From: Takakia lepidozioides
Taxonomy: Eukaryota; Plantae; Bryophyta
DNA: 64,000 bases
NCBI GenBank assembly: GCA_030704615.1
Contig: CM060732.1
Location: forward strand, 32,054,001 to 32,118,000
Reading direction: 5' to 3'
Shown: positions 37,240 through 49,282 of the stretch, in pieces
Layout of the letters: the number at the start of each line of letters is the position of its first letter
Position numbering within the stretch: position 1 is the stretch's first letter
Position numbers and translations under genes: made by a program
Notes under the pieces: model-generated
Database searches by the model: none
Told to the model about the DNA's origin: nothing
What the model saw: the letters and a program-made list of their open reading frames with translations, nothing else

Positions 37240-40200
37240 ATGAAGACTCAACCATTGTTTGCGCATAGCAACGTCACACAATTGTTTCTAGAACGAGACT
37301 TTCTACAAGGAACCAACAAGAGCTTAACGTTGGCTGTGCCGTTATCTATTCCTCTGGAAGAGATGGATGGAGTGGCTCGGAAAAAACACCAGAGGTACCT
37401 GTTTACGATGGAACATAGAGATACAAAAATGAAAAGCTCCTCCAATTCTGGGAAATCAGGCAAAAAGAAGGAGGCCGAAACAGCTGTTTCTAACTTGAAG
37501 CAATCCGTAAATCTGAACGACGGCTGGACAACAGAACCTTTAGCATCCCCTGCCGCGAATTTTCTGTTTGACGAGGCGGATGAGAGTGATAGCGAGGATG
37601 AGCTGCATATGTACAGGGGTCTTGTGCTTGATTTATCCTACAGGTATGTCCATGCGTCAATTTGGAATTCTGGTGTTTTTGAGGATTTCAACACAAACCT
37701 TTGTCATCTGTGGCATTTTCTTCTCGGGTATAAGTAGCTCCTAGGTTAGGAGCTTGTTGGGCAATTGTGGTCGTGGATGTTACATGTCAATAGGCTGCCC
37801 CCCATTGTTGGGTCTAATTACGTGGCAATCACAACAGCAGATTGATGCTTTTGTGAAGGGATTTCCAGAGGAAATCTGGAAAGCCCGAACCAATTGTTGT
37901 AGGTAAATCACACTATTGGAGTGCGTCCCTCACAAAGGTAGCCCCTGGTCCCATAATTCCGCCCAAACTGGGCGGGGACTCTATGGCTGCAAGGCTACGG
38001 CAAAAAAGTCTTATGAGTACATTCTCTCTTCCTCTCTCGCTCCCTTTCTTTCTTTCTTATCAATATATTAGGGCCTTTGTCCCTATCAACAGAAAAGATT
38101 ACATAATGCTTCGCTCTCCACAATGGAGAGAGAGGAGAGAGAGAGAAAAAGAGAGAATGTGCTCATAAGACTTGGCTTGCAGTAGCCTTGCGGCCATAGA
38201 CCTTGTGCCTAGTTTGGGAACACAGGCACTACCTTTGTGAGGGGCTCACTCCAGTAGTGTGACTTACCTTGATCTTTTGGTGCAGTAGTGTGTCCATGCT
38301 TTTTGTTGGTATTCCCCTTCAAGTAATTGCTGTTTGACTCAAACAGCATCTTTGGTGATTATTATTTGAGGGATAGGACTCTCGGTGACCAATTGATTGC
38401 CAATGGTCAAATCAAGATTAGTGGGAGCTGCTACAGTAGCAAATGGTGAAACATGATATGGTGAAGATGCACTATGGACACTAGTTGTTGCCAGGCATTT
38501 TCAACGTGATTGTAAGGGAATGTAGTGCAAACCAGAAGGGGCGTTCTAGGCCAGGGGGATTCTAATACAATGTAGAGGACCGCCTGCACCTTAGTTGGAC
38601 TTTGGTACTGGACTCGGTACAAAGTTTATAGTTGTGGCACGGAACATATATTGGAATTGGAAACGCATAAACTTCTGGCCAAGATCTTTAGGCACTTTCA
38701 ACAAAGGTTCCATAGCTGAGTACAAATCCTATCTGTGATGAAGACTTTGGTTTTTAAAGAAGAGGCCTACTTCACCATCAAAGAAGGAGACCATATGCTT
38801 AAACAATGAGGAATGTCAGGGTTTGCATTTAGCACAATTCAGGGTTTGCATTTAGCACAATGATGTGATTGGTAAGAAGGCTTGTTATGAATGCTATTGT
38901 GGACTTATTACACAGCTTCCTGCAGCCAAAGGGACTCTCCAAGCAGTCAAGATGTTCAGCCTGAGGCAAAATGGCATAGTATGGAGGTGTGAATGGTTTT
39001 AGATTTGCTAATCTGTGTTGATGGACCAGGCCGATCAATGTGGTGTGTTGGAAGCGGGCATTGTGCCTTGAGATATTAGAGAAGGTTAGCTTTTTGTTCT
39101 TTTTCCTTCTTTTTTTTAGTTTCAATTCTCAAAACTTCAAAAGGTCTGCTGCAAAAGCAAAGCCGCAGTTGGCAAACATATTTGAGTTGTAGACAAATAC
39201 TATCTGTTAAGTGTTTGGTTTTCTGACCTTGTTTATATTTTGGTTAACTATGGTCGTGCTTGGTTCGACTCTAGGCACTGACAAGCTGCTTCAGGCTCAA
39301 ACATCAATTGCACCAAACTATGTCAGCAGATCCTTGAAATTTGTAGAAAATCGTAAATACCTTCAGCATGTTTGCTGTGGTTGGATTCAGGAATACTTCA
39401 AATCAGCAAGACTGCTACTAGCAAGACTTTAGCACATTTTTATACATTTCATCTTGAAAGCTCTGAAATAGCATGCAAGGAAATGGAGATCTAACTACGC
39501 ACATAACTCTCATAAAATGATGGTTTCGGATACCCATTCAATCTCGTTACTGTGTTGAATTCGTGCTACTTTCTTCTTGTCAAGTATTTGCATAACCTCA
39601 AGTCCTGATGTGCAGGCAGATGTGCTTGAGTACTATGACCAAGTTGTCCATTCCCCCACCAGAGCATTCCCGATACCCGCTGTTCTTAGGGTAATTTACT
39701 GGCCTTATGTAAACATTTGACCCTTTCAATCAGGTCTGTATTAGATATGCTCGACTATGTTTGAGATGGCTCTTTCTAGGAAATGCTCATTTTGTGAGCA
39801 AAACGCTTTACTGAGTTTAGGATCTAGGATAAGTATGTCCTGATCCACTGGATGGCCTTCCAAAGCAGGGTCAGGGGAGGGGAACTTGACTTCTGAGGGG
39901 AGGGTATCGCATAATCTTGTTAATTGATGGCTCAACTTAAGGAATGAATTGGCATCATGCTAACACCATTTACAGAAAGGTTGGAGGGAGAGGGCGACAT
40001 TCAGAATGGGACTGTAGATTTCTACCAGATTCCACTCTTCATGGATGGGCACTTTGAGAAGTTTTTGAAGCCCTGCCTTATTGTTTGTAAGAGACCCTTT
40101 GGAGAATATCACTCTGGACAGATGTCAGCAAACTACCGCAGGCACGTTGAAATCAATTTTACAAAGGGATATAAGGACTTTTTTCTCTGAGAAAGGTAAA

Positions 40201-43200
40201 GGTCATTATAACACTCCAGGAGTGCAGGGTCGCATGCAACCCTTGATTTCAGCTGAGCTGTAACTTAAATGTGCTCAGGAGTCATACAATTTCTACTGTT
40301 AGCATTTAGATATTGGATGTGAATCCTCTTTTGAATAACAAGTGTATCAAACTTCACAGCCAATGTTAGCAGATGCAATCTATTTAGGAACCATGCAGTA
40401 CAAATATAGTGTCAATTTGCACACACAAATGAATGTGTCTTTGCACAGGTTAGCGGCTTTATCCATTCCCCTAAGCAGAAGACAGTGAGGCTTGGTCTCA
40501 GCCGCAACAACATTTTCTTGAGGGACAAGTTTAAATGCCAGTAAGTCCCCATTCCCAACATCTCATTGGAGGTGCCGAGTTGTTGGTTGTCAGACTGGAC
40601 ATTTGCAATTGCTTGCCCTGCACTTCAGTATATCTGTAATATCGATGGTAGTCATCACTCTCAAGTTTGTTGAGAATTGGTTAACTCTCCAATGAAGTTT
40701 GTTGCTTAAAACATGCAGAAGTTTTCAACAGCCAAAAACAGATCATCGACCTTTTTGTCAGTGAGATTGTGCTATATGCTGGTTTACAGATATTGCAATG
40801 CGCGGGAGGATTTGACAATCGATCATGTGCGGGCAGTGTCTCGTGGAGGTGGTTGGGAATGGAATAACCTTGTGAGTCCCTAACTTTTCTTCCTCAAAAT
40901 TGTGGGCACCAGTCAACCTCTTCCCGCAAGATTTGGAGTGGATCACATGAAAGCTACAGATAATGAACCTGCATTAAAACAGTGTTCTTCTCTCTCTCTC
41001 ACTCCATCTCAAAGCTGAGCCTCAAGCCTTGGCCTCCCGGGGTCTAATTGGTGGGCAGCTCACACACAGCAGATTGATGCTTGTGTGAGTCTGTAACTCT
41101 TCTTTTCTCAAAATTGCGGGAATCAGTCAACCTCTTCCCGCAAGATTTGGAGTGGATCAAATGAAAGCTACATGAACCTGCAGTGTTCTCTCTCTCTCAC
41201 TCCATCTCGAGGCTGAGCCTCAAGCCTTGGCCCTCTCGGGGTCTAATTGGTGGGCAGCTCACACACAGCAGATTGATGCTTGTGTGAAGGGCTTTCCAGA
41301 GGATATGTGGAAGGCCCAAACTAATTGCTTATATCAATGTTAAGTCCCACTACTGGAGTGAGCCCTCACAAAGGTAGTGTTTAGATGGACTAGGAACACA
41401 CGGTAGAAAATAATTGCGACAGCGCATTTTCATCGACTATGACACTTTGGATAAGAGGAACGGAAATGCGGTGCCGAATTTCCGTCCGGTCTCTTTCAAT
41501 GGAATCCAGTGGACGGAAATGAGGTTCCGCATTTCCGTCCGGTGTGCTACTTTCGATTGCTGTTGGACGGAAATACGGCGCCGCATTTCCATTTTGCATC
41601 TAAGTCATGCACCAGTGCGACGGAAATGCAGCACCGCATTTCCCTCCGGGGGAAACCTTTATACTCTCCAGAACGTAAATGCGGTGCCGCATTTCCGTCC
41701 AACAAGTACGGTATATTTCCCGGGCTGTCTGTTGGCTTTTCTGCTCTGCTTTTGTCCCATAATCTCTTTGAGCTTCCCATGGACTCATGCAGTTCCATTT
41801 TTCCAGTCTTTTTGTTTGGCAACTGCTAACCACGTGAGGAGAGATTTGTCAAGCTAGGTCAAATAGGTTAGAGGGGCTTACTCTGTCTAATCCATGCCTC
41901 CAATCAGACAGTATTGTTCAAGTATGTTATAGGCATGAAGATCTGCAAGGATGCAGATCCTCTTCATAAATAACAAAAGATCCATATTCGGGTTCTCTAG
42001 CTTTAATGTTGCATGTGCTCATGTATGTGGTCTTGCCCATTCCCATATCTTCCCAGTTTCAGCTTTCATGACAATTGAGACTTGCATATTGACTGGTTTC
42101 GAGATGACTGAAAAGTAACAACAACATGCTTACGAAGTGGCTTGGCTTTCACTTTTTCATTCTTTCTTGTTCTCTAATCGGTTTTCCCCCCTCCCCACCT
42201 ATATTTCCGCCCAAACTGGGCGGCGAGTCTATTGCTAGAAGGCTACGGCAAAAACGTCTTATGAGTACATTCTCTCAGTCTCTTTCCTTCCCTTTCTTTC
42301 TTATCAATATATTAGGGCCTTTGTCCCTATCAACAGAAAAGATTGGATAATCCTTTGCTCTCCACAAGAGAGAGAGAGAGAGAGAAAAAGAGAGAATGTG
42401 CTCATAAGACTTAGCTTGCCGTAGCCTTGTGGCCATAGACCTTGTGGGAACACAGGCACTACCTTTGTGAGGGGTGTTGGACTTGCATATTGACTGGTTT
42501 CGAGATGACTGAAAAGTAACAGCAGCATGCTTACGAAGTGGCTTGGCTTCCACTTTTTCATTCTTTCTTGTTCTCTAGTCGGTTTTTTCCCCTCCCCCTT
42601 TCTTTATCCCAATTCAGCCTGGTATCTGCTGCCTCAGGGGCACAAAGAAAGTCTTATTAGTATGGTATGTTTCTCTCCCTCACCCACATTGTGTGTGCAT
42701 TTCTTTAATGGAATGACTTAGAGTGTTCTGATAGAGACATTTTTACTCCCACTTTTGTCCATCAATATGTTTACCCGGATGTCTTGATCACTGCATCAGG
42801 CAAGTATTTGTTTGTTTGTTGACGAGTAGGTGTTCCTCTGTAGGTTACTGCCTGCTCCACCTGTAATGTGAAGAAAGGTGACAAGACGTTGGAGGAAGCC
42901 CACATGAAGCTTATGAAGTTACCCAAGGTCAGTCCTTTTTATACAATGCACAATGCCTGGAACTTTCTAGTGCGAATGACGAGTAAGAGAGCAGGGCTGA
43001 TAAAACTGGATATGCTCTAGAAGCTGAATGAGATCAAATGTGGCACAATTGTACTTTGGTTTATGGGAAGTGCAGAACCTGCTTTTTACCCTGCTTAGAA
43101 GTCAAAACACATGGGGTATCTATTTCTGCTTTGTTGCTCATAGTTGCAGTTGACCTGGCTTCCCCATTGTGATGCACAAGTTGTGTGTGTCTGCAGGAAC

Positions 43201-43322
43201 CTAGGGAACTTGACAGCCTGGACCTCCCACCAAATTACAAAACCTTCCGAATTCTCACCCGTCACAGATCGACACCTGTTCAATGGCATGATTATTTGCC
43301 CAACCGTCCTCCACTATTTTGA
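37240..43322 (+). CDS. Plant HNH endonuclease (McrA-like; resembles Arabidopsis At2g23840 type), 7 exons (37240-37643, 39030-39084, 39616-39690, 40449-40540, 40790-40871, 42844-42927, 43197-43322)
   Basis: GLVLDLSYR|PINVVCWKRAL|ADVLEYYD..IPAVLR|..LSRNNIFLRDKFKCQ|YC..LTIDHV..SRGGGWEWNNL|VTACSTCNVKKG|EP..WHDYLP. Exon phases are consistent; start codon less certain. Confidence 0.92.
41397..41705. repeat. Array of five ~28-30-bp palindromes (GGACGGAAATGCGGYGCCGCATTTCCGTCC), probably a DNA-transposon end
   Basis: Units at ~41460, 41511, 41565, 41619 and 41672, period ~51-54 bp, preceded by CACACGGTAGAAAA. Absent from the paralogous 30.1-kb copy. Confidence 0.75.
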
Positions 43323-44434
43323 AGGATGCCGGATGCTCTCATGCTCATATTCCTGTGAGGTGATGGCATATGGGAATTTCCTTGTTCAGTATTTGGACAG
43401 CCAGTGAAGTAAAAGATCTTTGGGCTGTGGGTCAGGTGCTGATCAAGAGGGCTGGATAATTCTTTTGAACTGTAAGAATCGCCCTAATGGACATTTGTGT
43501 AAATAGTAATCTTTCTGAGTTTCTTTTTGTAATCAGCACACTTGTGGGGTGAAGAGTTCACTATCATCTTCGAGCAGAGTTTGTAACAGCAGCTGTTTCT
43601 GCGAGGGGTGTTTAGTGTGATGCTCATTTGGTACCATAGTTGAAGTCCTGAATCAAGGATATGGGACTCGACAATTTGCTCAATATGTCAGACTTCGCAA
43701 GCTCTTCCCACTTGAGAATTGTGTTCAGGTGACACCGCAATCTGAATACTTGGGTTGCAGCCCCACAAAGATTTTTTTCAGTTCATGAAGAGGACAGTCA
43801 GAAGAAACCTTCTCAACAAGCCAGGCAGAAAGAAAAGTTGACAGTGATTGCTAAGATGGTGAAAACAACATCGAGCTCAGAAAATTCAGGCAGAAGATTT
43901 GAAAAAAAAGTGATGGAGAAGGACAGGAGGTTACAAAGATCTGCTGATTTCCAGCTCTCATACCCTTGGGAAAGACAACGTAGAGAGTTAGCAAGTTGTC
44001 CTGGCCACATGGTATCTTGTCTCTTACCATTTCCACAATGGTCTATCGGAACCCCAGGTAATTCAGGGTCCTGATATGTCCTGTGATACGCATACAATGC
44101 AACACCTCGTGCTGAACATGCACAGGACACATCATTTCAATTTCATTCAAATGGCTCTGTTTCTAGTTCAAAGGTGTTTTTGCTATGTGAGCACATACAT
44201 CTGTTGCCAGAAGAACATGCCCAATCTTTCATCAAGGGATGGCATGTGGAAATATATTAGTTTACGATAATATACTTATATTATAATTGCAATATAATAA
44301 TAATATACTAATATAGTACTAGTATAGTATTATACTATTATTATAATACTAATAAAAATAAACATGCTAATATTATAATATTATAATATTTGGAAAGATG
44401 GAATCTTCCCCTCGTGCAAGCCAAGCTTCTGCAC

Positions 44435-45655
44435 CAGTGTTGGACTGGTATATAGGGTCTCGCCGGGTAGCAACCAGGGTATTGAATAACCGACCCGGCT
44501 GGTATTGGCAATTCCAATACTATGGTTAATAACCGAACCGGCTGGTATTGCCAAAGCAATACCCTGGTGCATACCCATATTATGGGCAAAAACAAGGACT
44601 ATACCAGTGTTGGCCGGGTATAGCACTCTACCCCAGTTAGTGAGTCGGTTATCACCCCGGTTAGTAGGTATACATAACCGCATACATGGTATTTTTACAA
44701 GACAGAGCAAATAGATAACCGACGGTTGGGAGGTGAGTATGTATATGTACCCTATATTAAGGTTAGCACTACACTCTATACCCGGATTAGTAAAGGCGTT
44801 TTAACCACCCCTAGAACGGTTAAGTATAGGACATGCCTCCTCACACAGTGCAACTGCATTGATTGCCATGATTGCATGCCTCACTATTGGCAACTTTTGC
44901 AAAAGGTGCGTTCACATAACCATGGAGTGTGTCCATCCCAAAAATATTGAAGTAACCTTAACCGGCGGATATGTAAAATTCTTATAACCGGCCAACACTG
45001 GAATGTACCATAGTATGAATAGGAAATTGGCTCGGTGCACAATATGTCAGGGTCAGGTAAGAGGGTGCACATGTCGGAGGGCATGTCCAGCCCCAAGGGG
45101 CGCCACTATGCTTCATTTCTTACCACATGTAGGGCGGTCCCGCCCCTATTCTTTATTTTGAAGAATTGGCCAGATGATGTGCGGACGGATTGCAAGGTGT
45201 TTCGCGCGGGATCAAGGATTTCTTTTTGTCGGAAGACAATTTGATTGATGAATATGAGGACCTCATTGCAGATGCTCGTTTATTTGACGATGAGGGTTGC
45301 AATTGCTTCAATTTGGATACTAAAATCTGCAACGGTATTATTATGTAATGCAAAGATTGAATTTGCAACATAATTAATTTCTTTGTGAAATCAACTGAAA
45401 TCTTCTAAATTCAATACAGATTAATGCTTTAGTGGTTATTTTAAATTTTAAATTTTATTATTTATACCCGGGTTGATAACCGGCTGGTATTAGATTGGAA
45501 TACCCATCCTATTGATACCTGTCCGCAATTTACTACTATTGAGAACCGGCGGGTATTAAAATTAAGGGAATCTTTCAATACTATGGAACCGGTTGGTATT
45601 GCAAATTAATTTCTTTTCAATTGGCTGGTATTAGAAAAAGTAATACCCAACACTG
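44435..45655. mobile_element. Non-autonomous hAT element
   Basis: TIR CAGTGTTGG/CCAACACTG; 8-bp TSD TTCTGCAC/CTCTGCAC; ACCGG/CCGGGT subterminal motifs; residual ILKNWPDDVRTDC and acidic tail resembling a transposase C-terminus. Confidence 0.85.
44605..45000. mobile_element. hAT MITE nested in the previous element
   Basis: Perfect 13-bp TIR CAGTGTTGGCCGG/CCGGCCAACACTG; flanks GACTATAC/GAATGTAC (6/8). Confidence 0.75.
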
Positions 45656-45871
45656 CTCTGCACCCGCTCTTTTTCTTTTTTTTCTCTTTTTTTCTTTTCT
45701 AAATAAAGAAACCTTATGGTGTATTGGGGTTCCGTCCAATTTATTGACTTGGTGGCCAACCCTTGGGTCTTGAAGGTGCTTTTGCCACCATTGCTTGGCA
45801 TAATCCCACAAATAAATTTTTTCCCCACAAATAATTTATAATAAAGTTTCTCAGGGCTACAATCCGGTTTA

Positions 45872-46599
45872 CACTAGACATAGGATGGGAGTTAAATGCG
45901 CGCGTGCAAAGCTTGCCGGCACGATCCCGGAGCTAACCGGAGGGCCCCATGGGCCCGTGGCCGCACCCCCACCTCCCTTGTGTATGCTTCACGCCCATCC
46001 GAGGGTCCCACGCTCCTTGGTCCCGCTGCGGCGCTCCCATGGTCCACGCTCCTCCACTCCCCTATTATTGCTCCCCGTTCCTCTGCTCCCTTGTTCTCCG
46101 CTCCCCTGTTATTGGAGCGGCGAAGCAATAAAACAGGGGAGCAATAACACAAGGGAGCCGAGAGTAGTAACAGGGGAGCGATAACAGGGGAGCCAGGAGA
46201 ATAAGGAGCAGCGGACATTACAGGGGAGAGGTATGTATGTGGGAACAGGGGAGCAATGATTGGGAACAAGGGAGCGGAGATTTGCTTGAGGGACTTAGAA
46301 AAGTTTTGGAGATGCAAAAGTATGATGGTACCTTAGTCAAATCCTTAAATATACGATTTCCATCGCGCCATGGGCAAGGTATGAACCCAACACCCCCACA
46401 ATGATGGTCAATGCATCCAGCCACCACGCTACATGCCGCATTCTTGGCATCCCTCAGAATTTTTATATGTTGTACTATAATATAGGCAATAACGGGGGCA
46501 CGGGGGTGGGGATTTGACTGTGGCCCCCGCCAAGGGCATCCCGGCGACCGTACCGGCAGGCTGGCACGCGCGCATTCAACTTGCATCCTATGTCTAGTG
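45872..46599. mobile_element. Non-autonomous CACTA-type element
   Basis: CACTAGACATAGGATG...AATGCGCGCGTGC with an imperfect inverted copy of ~55 bp ending TAGTG; internal GCTCCCCTGTTA/TAACAGGGGAGC repeats; no clean TSD. Confidence 0.8.
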
Positions 46600-46750
46600 T
46601 GTTCCACTACAATCCCCTGTTATCTTTTATTTTTTAACTTTAAAAAAAAATTGGGGAGCGTGGTTCCTTCCCCGGTTTTATTCCACTCTGACGGATGAAC
46701 GGAGGTTAGGTAGAACTGGATGAAGCTAGGCTGGATGAACCTAATTACAA

Positions 46751-47030
46751 TTAATACCTTGTTTTATTCCAACAGTCACTTAGTGATGAGGTTGTTATCC
46801 TAAGCAGTGTCCGTGCTATTAGGGCTTGTGCTCGGAGATAACGCTCTTCTTCAAGATTCTGCCAATCTCCCGCAAGAAAGCGTCGGAGCTGGATGTGAGT
46901 CTCTCTATGACCAGCTTCGGCAGGACCAAGCACCATTGGGCAAACAACAGAAAAAGATACCACACCGACACGTCACCAGGATCTCGGGCCAATTTGTCGA
47001 GGATAGCTACCGTGTGAGCAGCTCAGGTGA
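46751..47030 (-). mobile_element. Degenerate non-LTR retrotransposon fragment
   Basis: GHRETHIQLRRFLAGDWQNL resembles the pre-RT 'RLRRFLxGDW' block of CRE/R2-like elements; short and frameshifted. Confidence 0.45.
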
Positions 47031-47195
47031 GCACGCTCACGCTTTGCACACTAATCGTGAGCAGAATCCCTTAAACGTTAGCACATTGTAAGCGTTAGCA
47101 CATTAGGGAAGCGAAGCCTACAGCCGAGGTAATATAGGGCATATTGCCATGGACGCAAACACTTCTGAATGGAAATTCACGTAGGCGGCCAGGGA

Positions 47196-47650
47196 CCAAA
47201 GATGTCGTGTTCCATGCACGCAATGTGGGAAGAATATGTGATGAAAAACTACCGAATGAAAGAAGCATGAATGAATGAAAGAAGTGAAGGGATAAATGTG
47301 GAATGAATGTGGAATGGAAATCCGCACTGATTAATGGAGCATGGATGGACTGAAATAAGGGTGATTGTACGGCAAACACGGCAAACACGACAAATTCTAA
47401 ACCCAGGGAAACACGGGAAACCCTAACCACATACACAACCAAAGATGTCGTGTTCCATGCACGCAATGTGGGATGAATACGTGATGAAAAACTGCCGAAT
47501 GAAAGAAGCATGGATGAATGAATGAAGTGAAGGGATGAATGTGGAATGGAAATCCGCACTGATTAATGGAGCATGGATGGACTGAAATAAGGGTGATTGT
47601 ACGGCAAACACGGCAAATTCTAAACCCAGGGAAACACGGGAAACCCTAGC
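47196..47650 (+). repeat. Tandem duplication, ~242-bp period
   Basis: ACCAAAGATGTCGTGTTCCATGCACGCAATGTGGGA...GGGAAACCCTA starts at 47196 and again at 47438. Confidence 0.9.
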
Positions 47651-48511
47651 CACAAACACTGATCCTGCAACCCAAACTCCAAACCCCCAAGGCAAACCAT
47701 AAGCCTAAAACCCAAGCCCGCACTGATAAATCCAAATCCCAAACCCCAAAAGAATAACGGAAACCACAAACCAAGAACGGTAACCCTAATTTGTGAAAGT
47801 GTACCTTACAAAATAAACCCCAACCGACGACAATGTAGAAGAGGTGGAGAAGCAAAAAGCGAAATGAGGCTTAAATTTAGAAGAATAGGTGGAAAAAATT
47901 CAAGTGTCATAAAGAAGCTCAACGGAAATTGTATGTGTTGTTGAGTTTAAATAAGTGTATTTTAATTTGGCAGAAGCTTAATTCCAGCCCAGAAGACCAA
48001 CTAGATTAAGCTGTCGTCAACGACACCTTAATCTAGCACATTCGGAAATATATATATATATCGGATTTTATTTTATTTTTTAATGTTTTGGTTGTTGCTT
48101 TTTTGTTTTTCAATATCCAGGGTTGGCAGTTCGTTGTGGGAGACACAGTTCGATTGGTAGAAGACGTAGCATATGGATTTGTTGTTGGTTTAAAATGGAC
48201 CAAGATTTGTGATGGGTACCCTATTGTGCCAGAAGGATACCTAGCATTACTTATTCAACAAGCTGTCATTAGAAGTACTCATTTGTTTGCAAAACCTGCA
48301 TATAAGAAATTGGGAGATAGTATAGGCAATGTAAGTCTTTGGAGTCACAAACGATTAAAAATAGACATGATGGAGGATGAGGGGATAGTGCAAGTTTACA
48401 ATGAGTGCTTAATATGAGCATATGCCCTATCGCAGAGAGCACGCTACATAAGAATGATGATATGTGGACCTTATATTTTAATCTCATCATTGTCTTGCCA
48501 TGTCTATATAC

Positions 48512-49282
48512 CAGTGTTGGGAGGGTATTGGGTACATAGAGGGTATAAACATGGGTATCAATGCGGGTATGTGGACCCGGACTCGCTAGGTACATTGTTG
48601 GATAATACCCGGTTCATAACCTACCCGCCGGTTAAGTGCCGAGCCGATATTGATGCTGAGACTCGGACCCCAGATAAGGCTTTGATGATATTGATATTGA
48701 ATAAGGGCTAAAAAAAACTAGATTTCCCATATATCAACATCAAGTGGCTGGATTTTCACATTAAATGTCACATTTTAGTGACCTTTCCCCATCGCTTCAG
48801 GGATTTAGCACCCTCTTAAAAACATATTAAACCGGTAAGTGATACTAATACTTAAATGTTGTCAAACATTGCCCAAATTTACACACCATACCTTGAAAAA
48901 TACAAGCTACTTAAAGTACTTAGGAATACTAACTAACTTTATAATTCTAGCCACCTAAATAAGTACATTAGTATTAGTATTAGTTAGTAGATAACATTCT
49001 GATTTAATTAGTTAGTCACTTTGATAAGTTTGGATAAATTTTACATGGACAAGGCGCTCTTAAAAAATGGTTGAAGAATTTTTTTTAAACCCGGCCCCGG
49101 GTTGATGACAATAGGTTATCATCCATGTTTGATTGTTATTGATATGTTGTCTAATAATTTTGATAATGGGATTGATTGATAAATAAATCTAGTATTGGTC
49201 TCCAGCGGGTATGTCCACAACCTCACACCGCCAATACCCGGAACCAGCGGGTCTTACAAAAGATAATAACCTCCCAATACTG
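48512..49282. mobile_element. hAT MITE
   Basis: TIR CAGTGTTGGGAGG/CCTCCCAATACTG (12/13) and perfect 8-bp TSD CTATATAC (48504-48511, 49283-49290). Confidence 0.92.

Noticed and set aside
41460-41700. True CRISPR array
   Set aside because: Eukaryotic intron, degenerate repeats, short spacers, no cas genes; the HNH gene is an ordinary conserved plant gene.
48120-48417. Exon-like ORF faintly resembling a CACTA accessory domain (LGDSIGNVSLW)
   Set aside because: Similarity too weak to call by eye.
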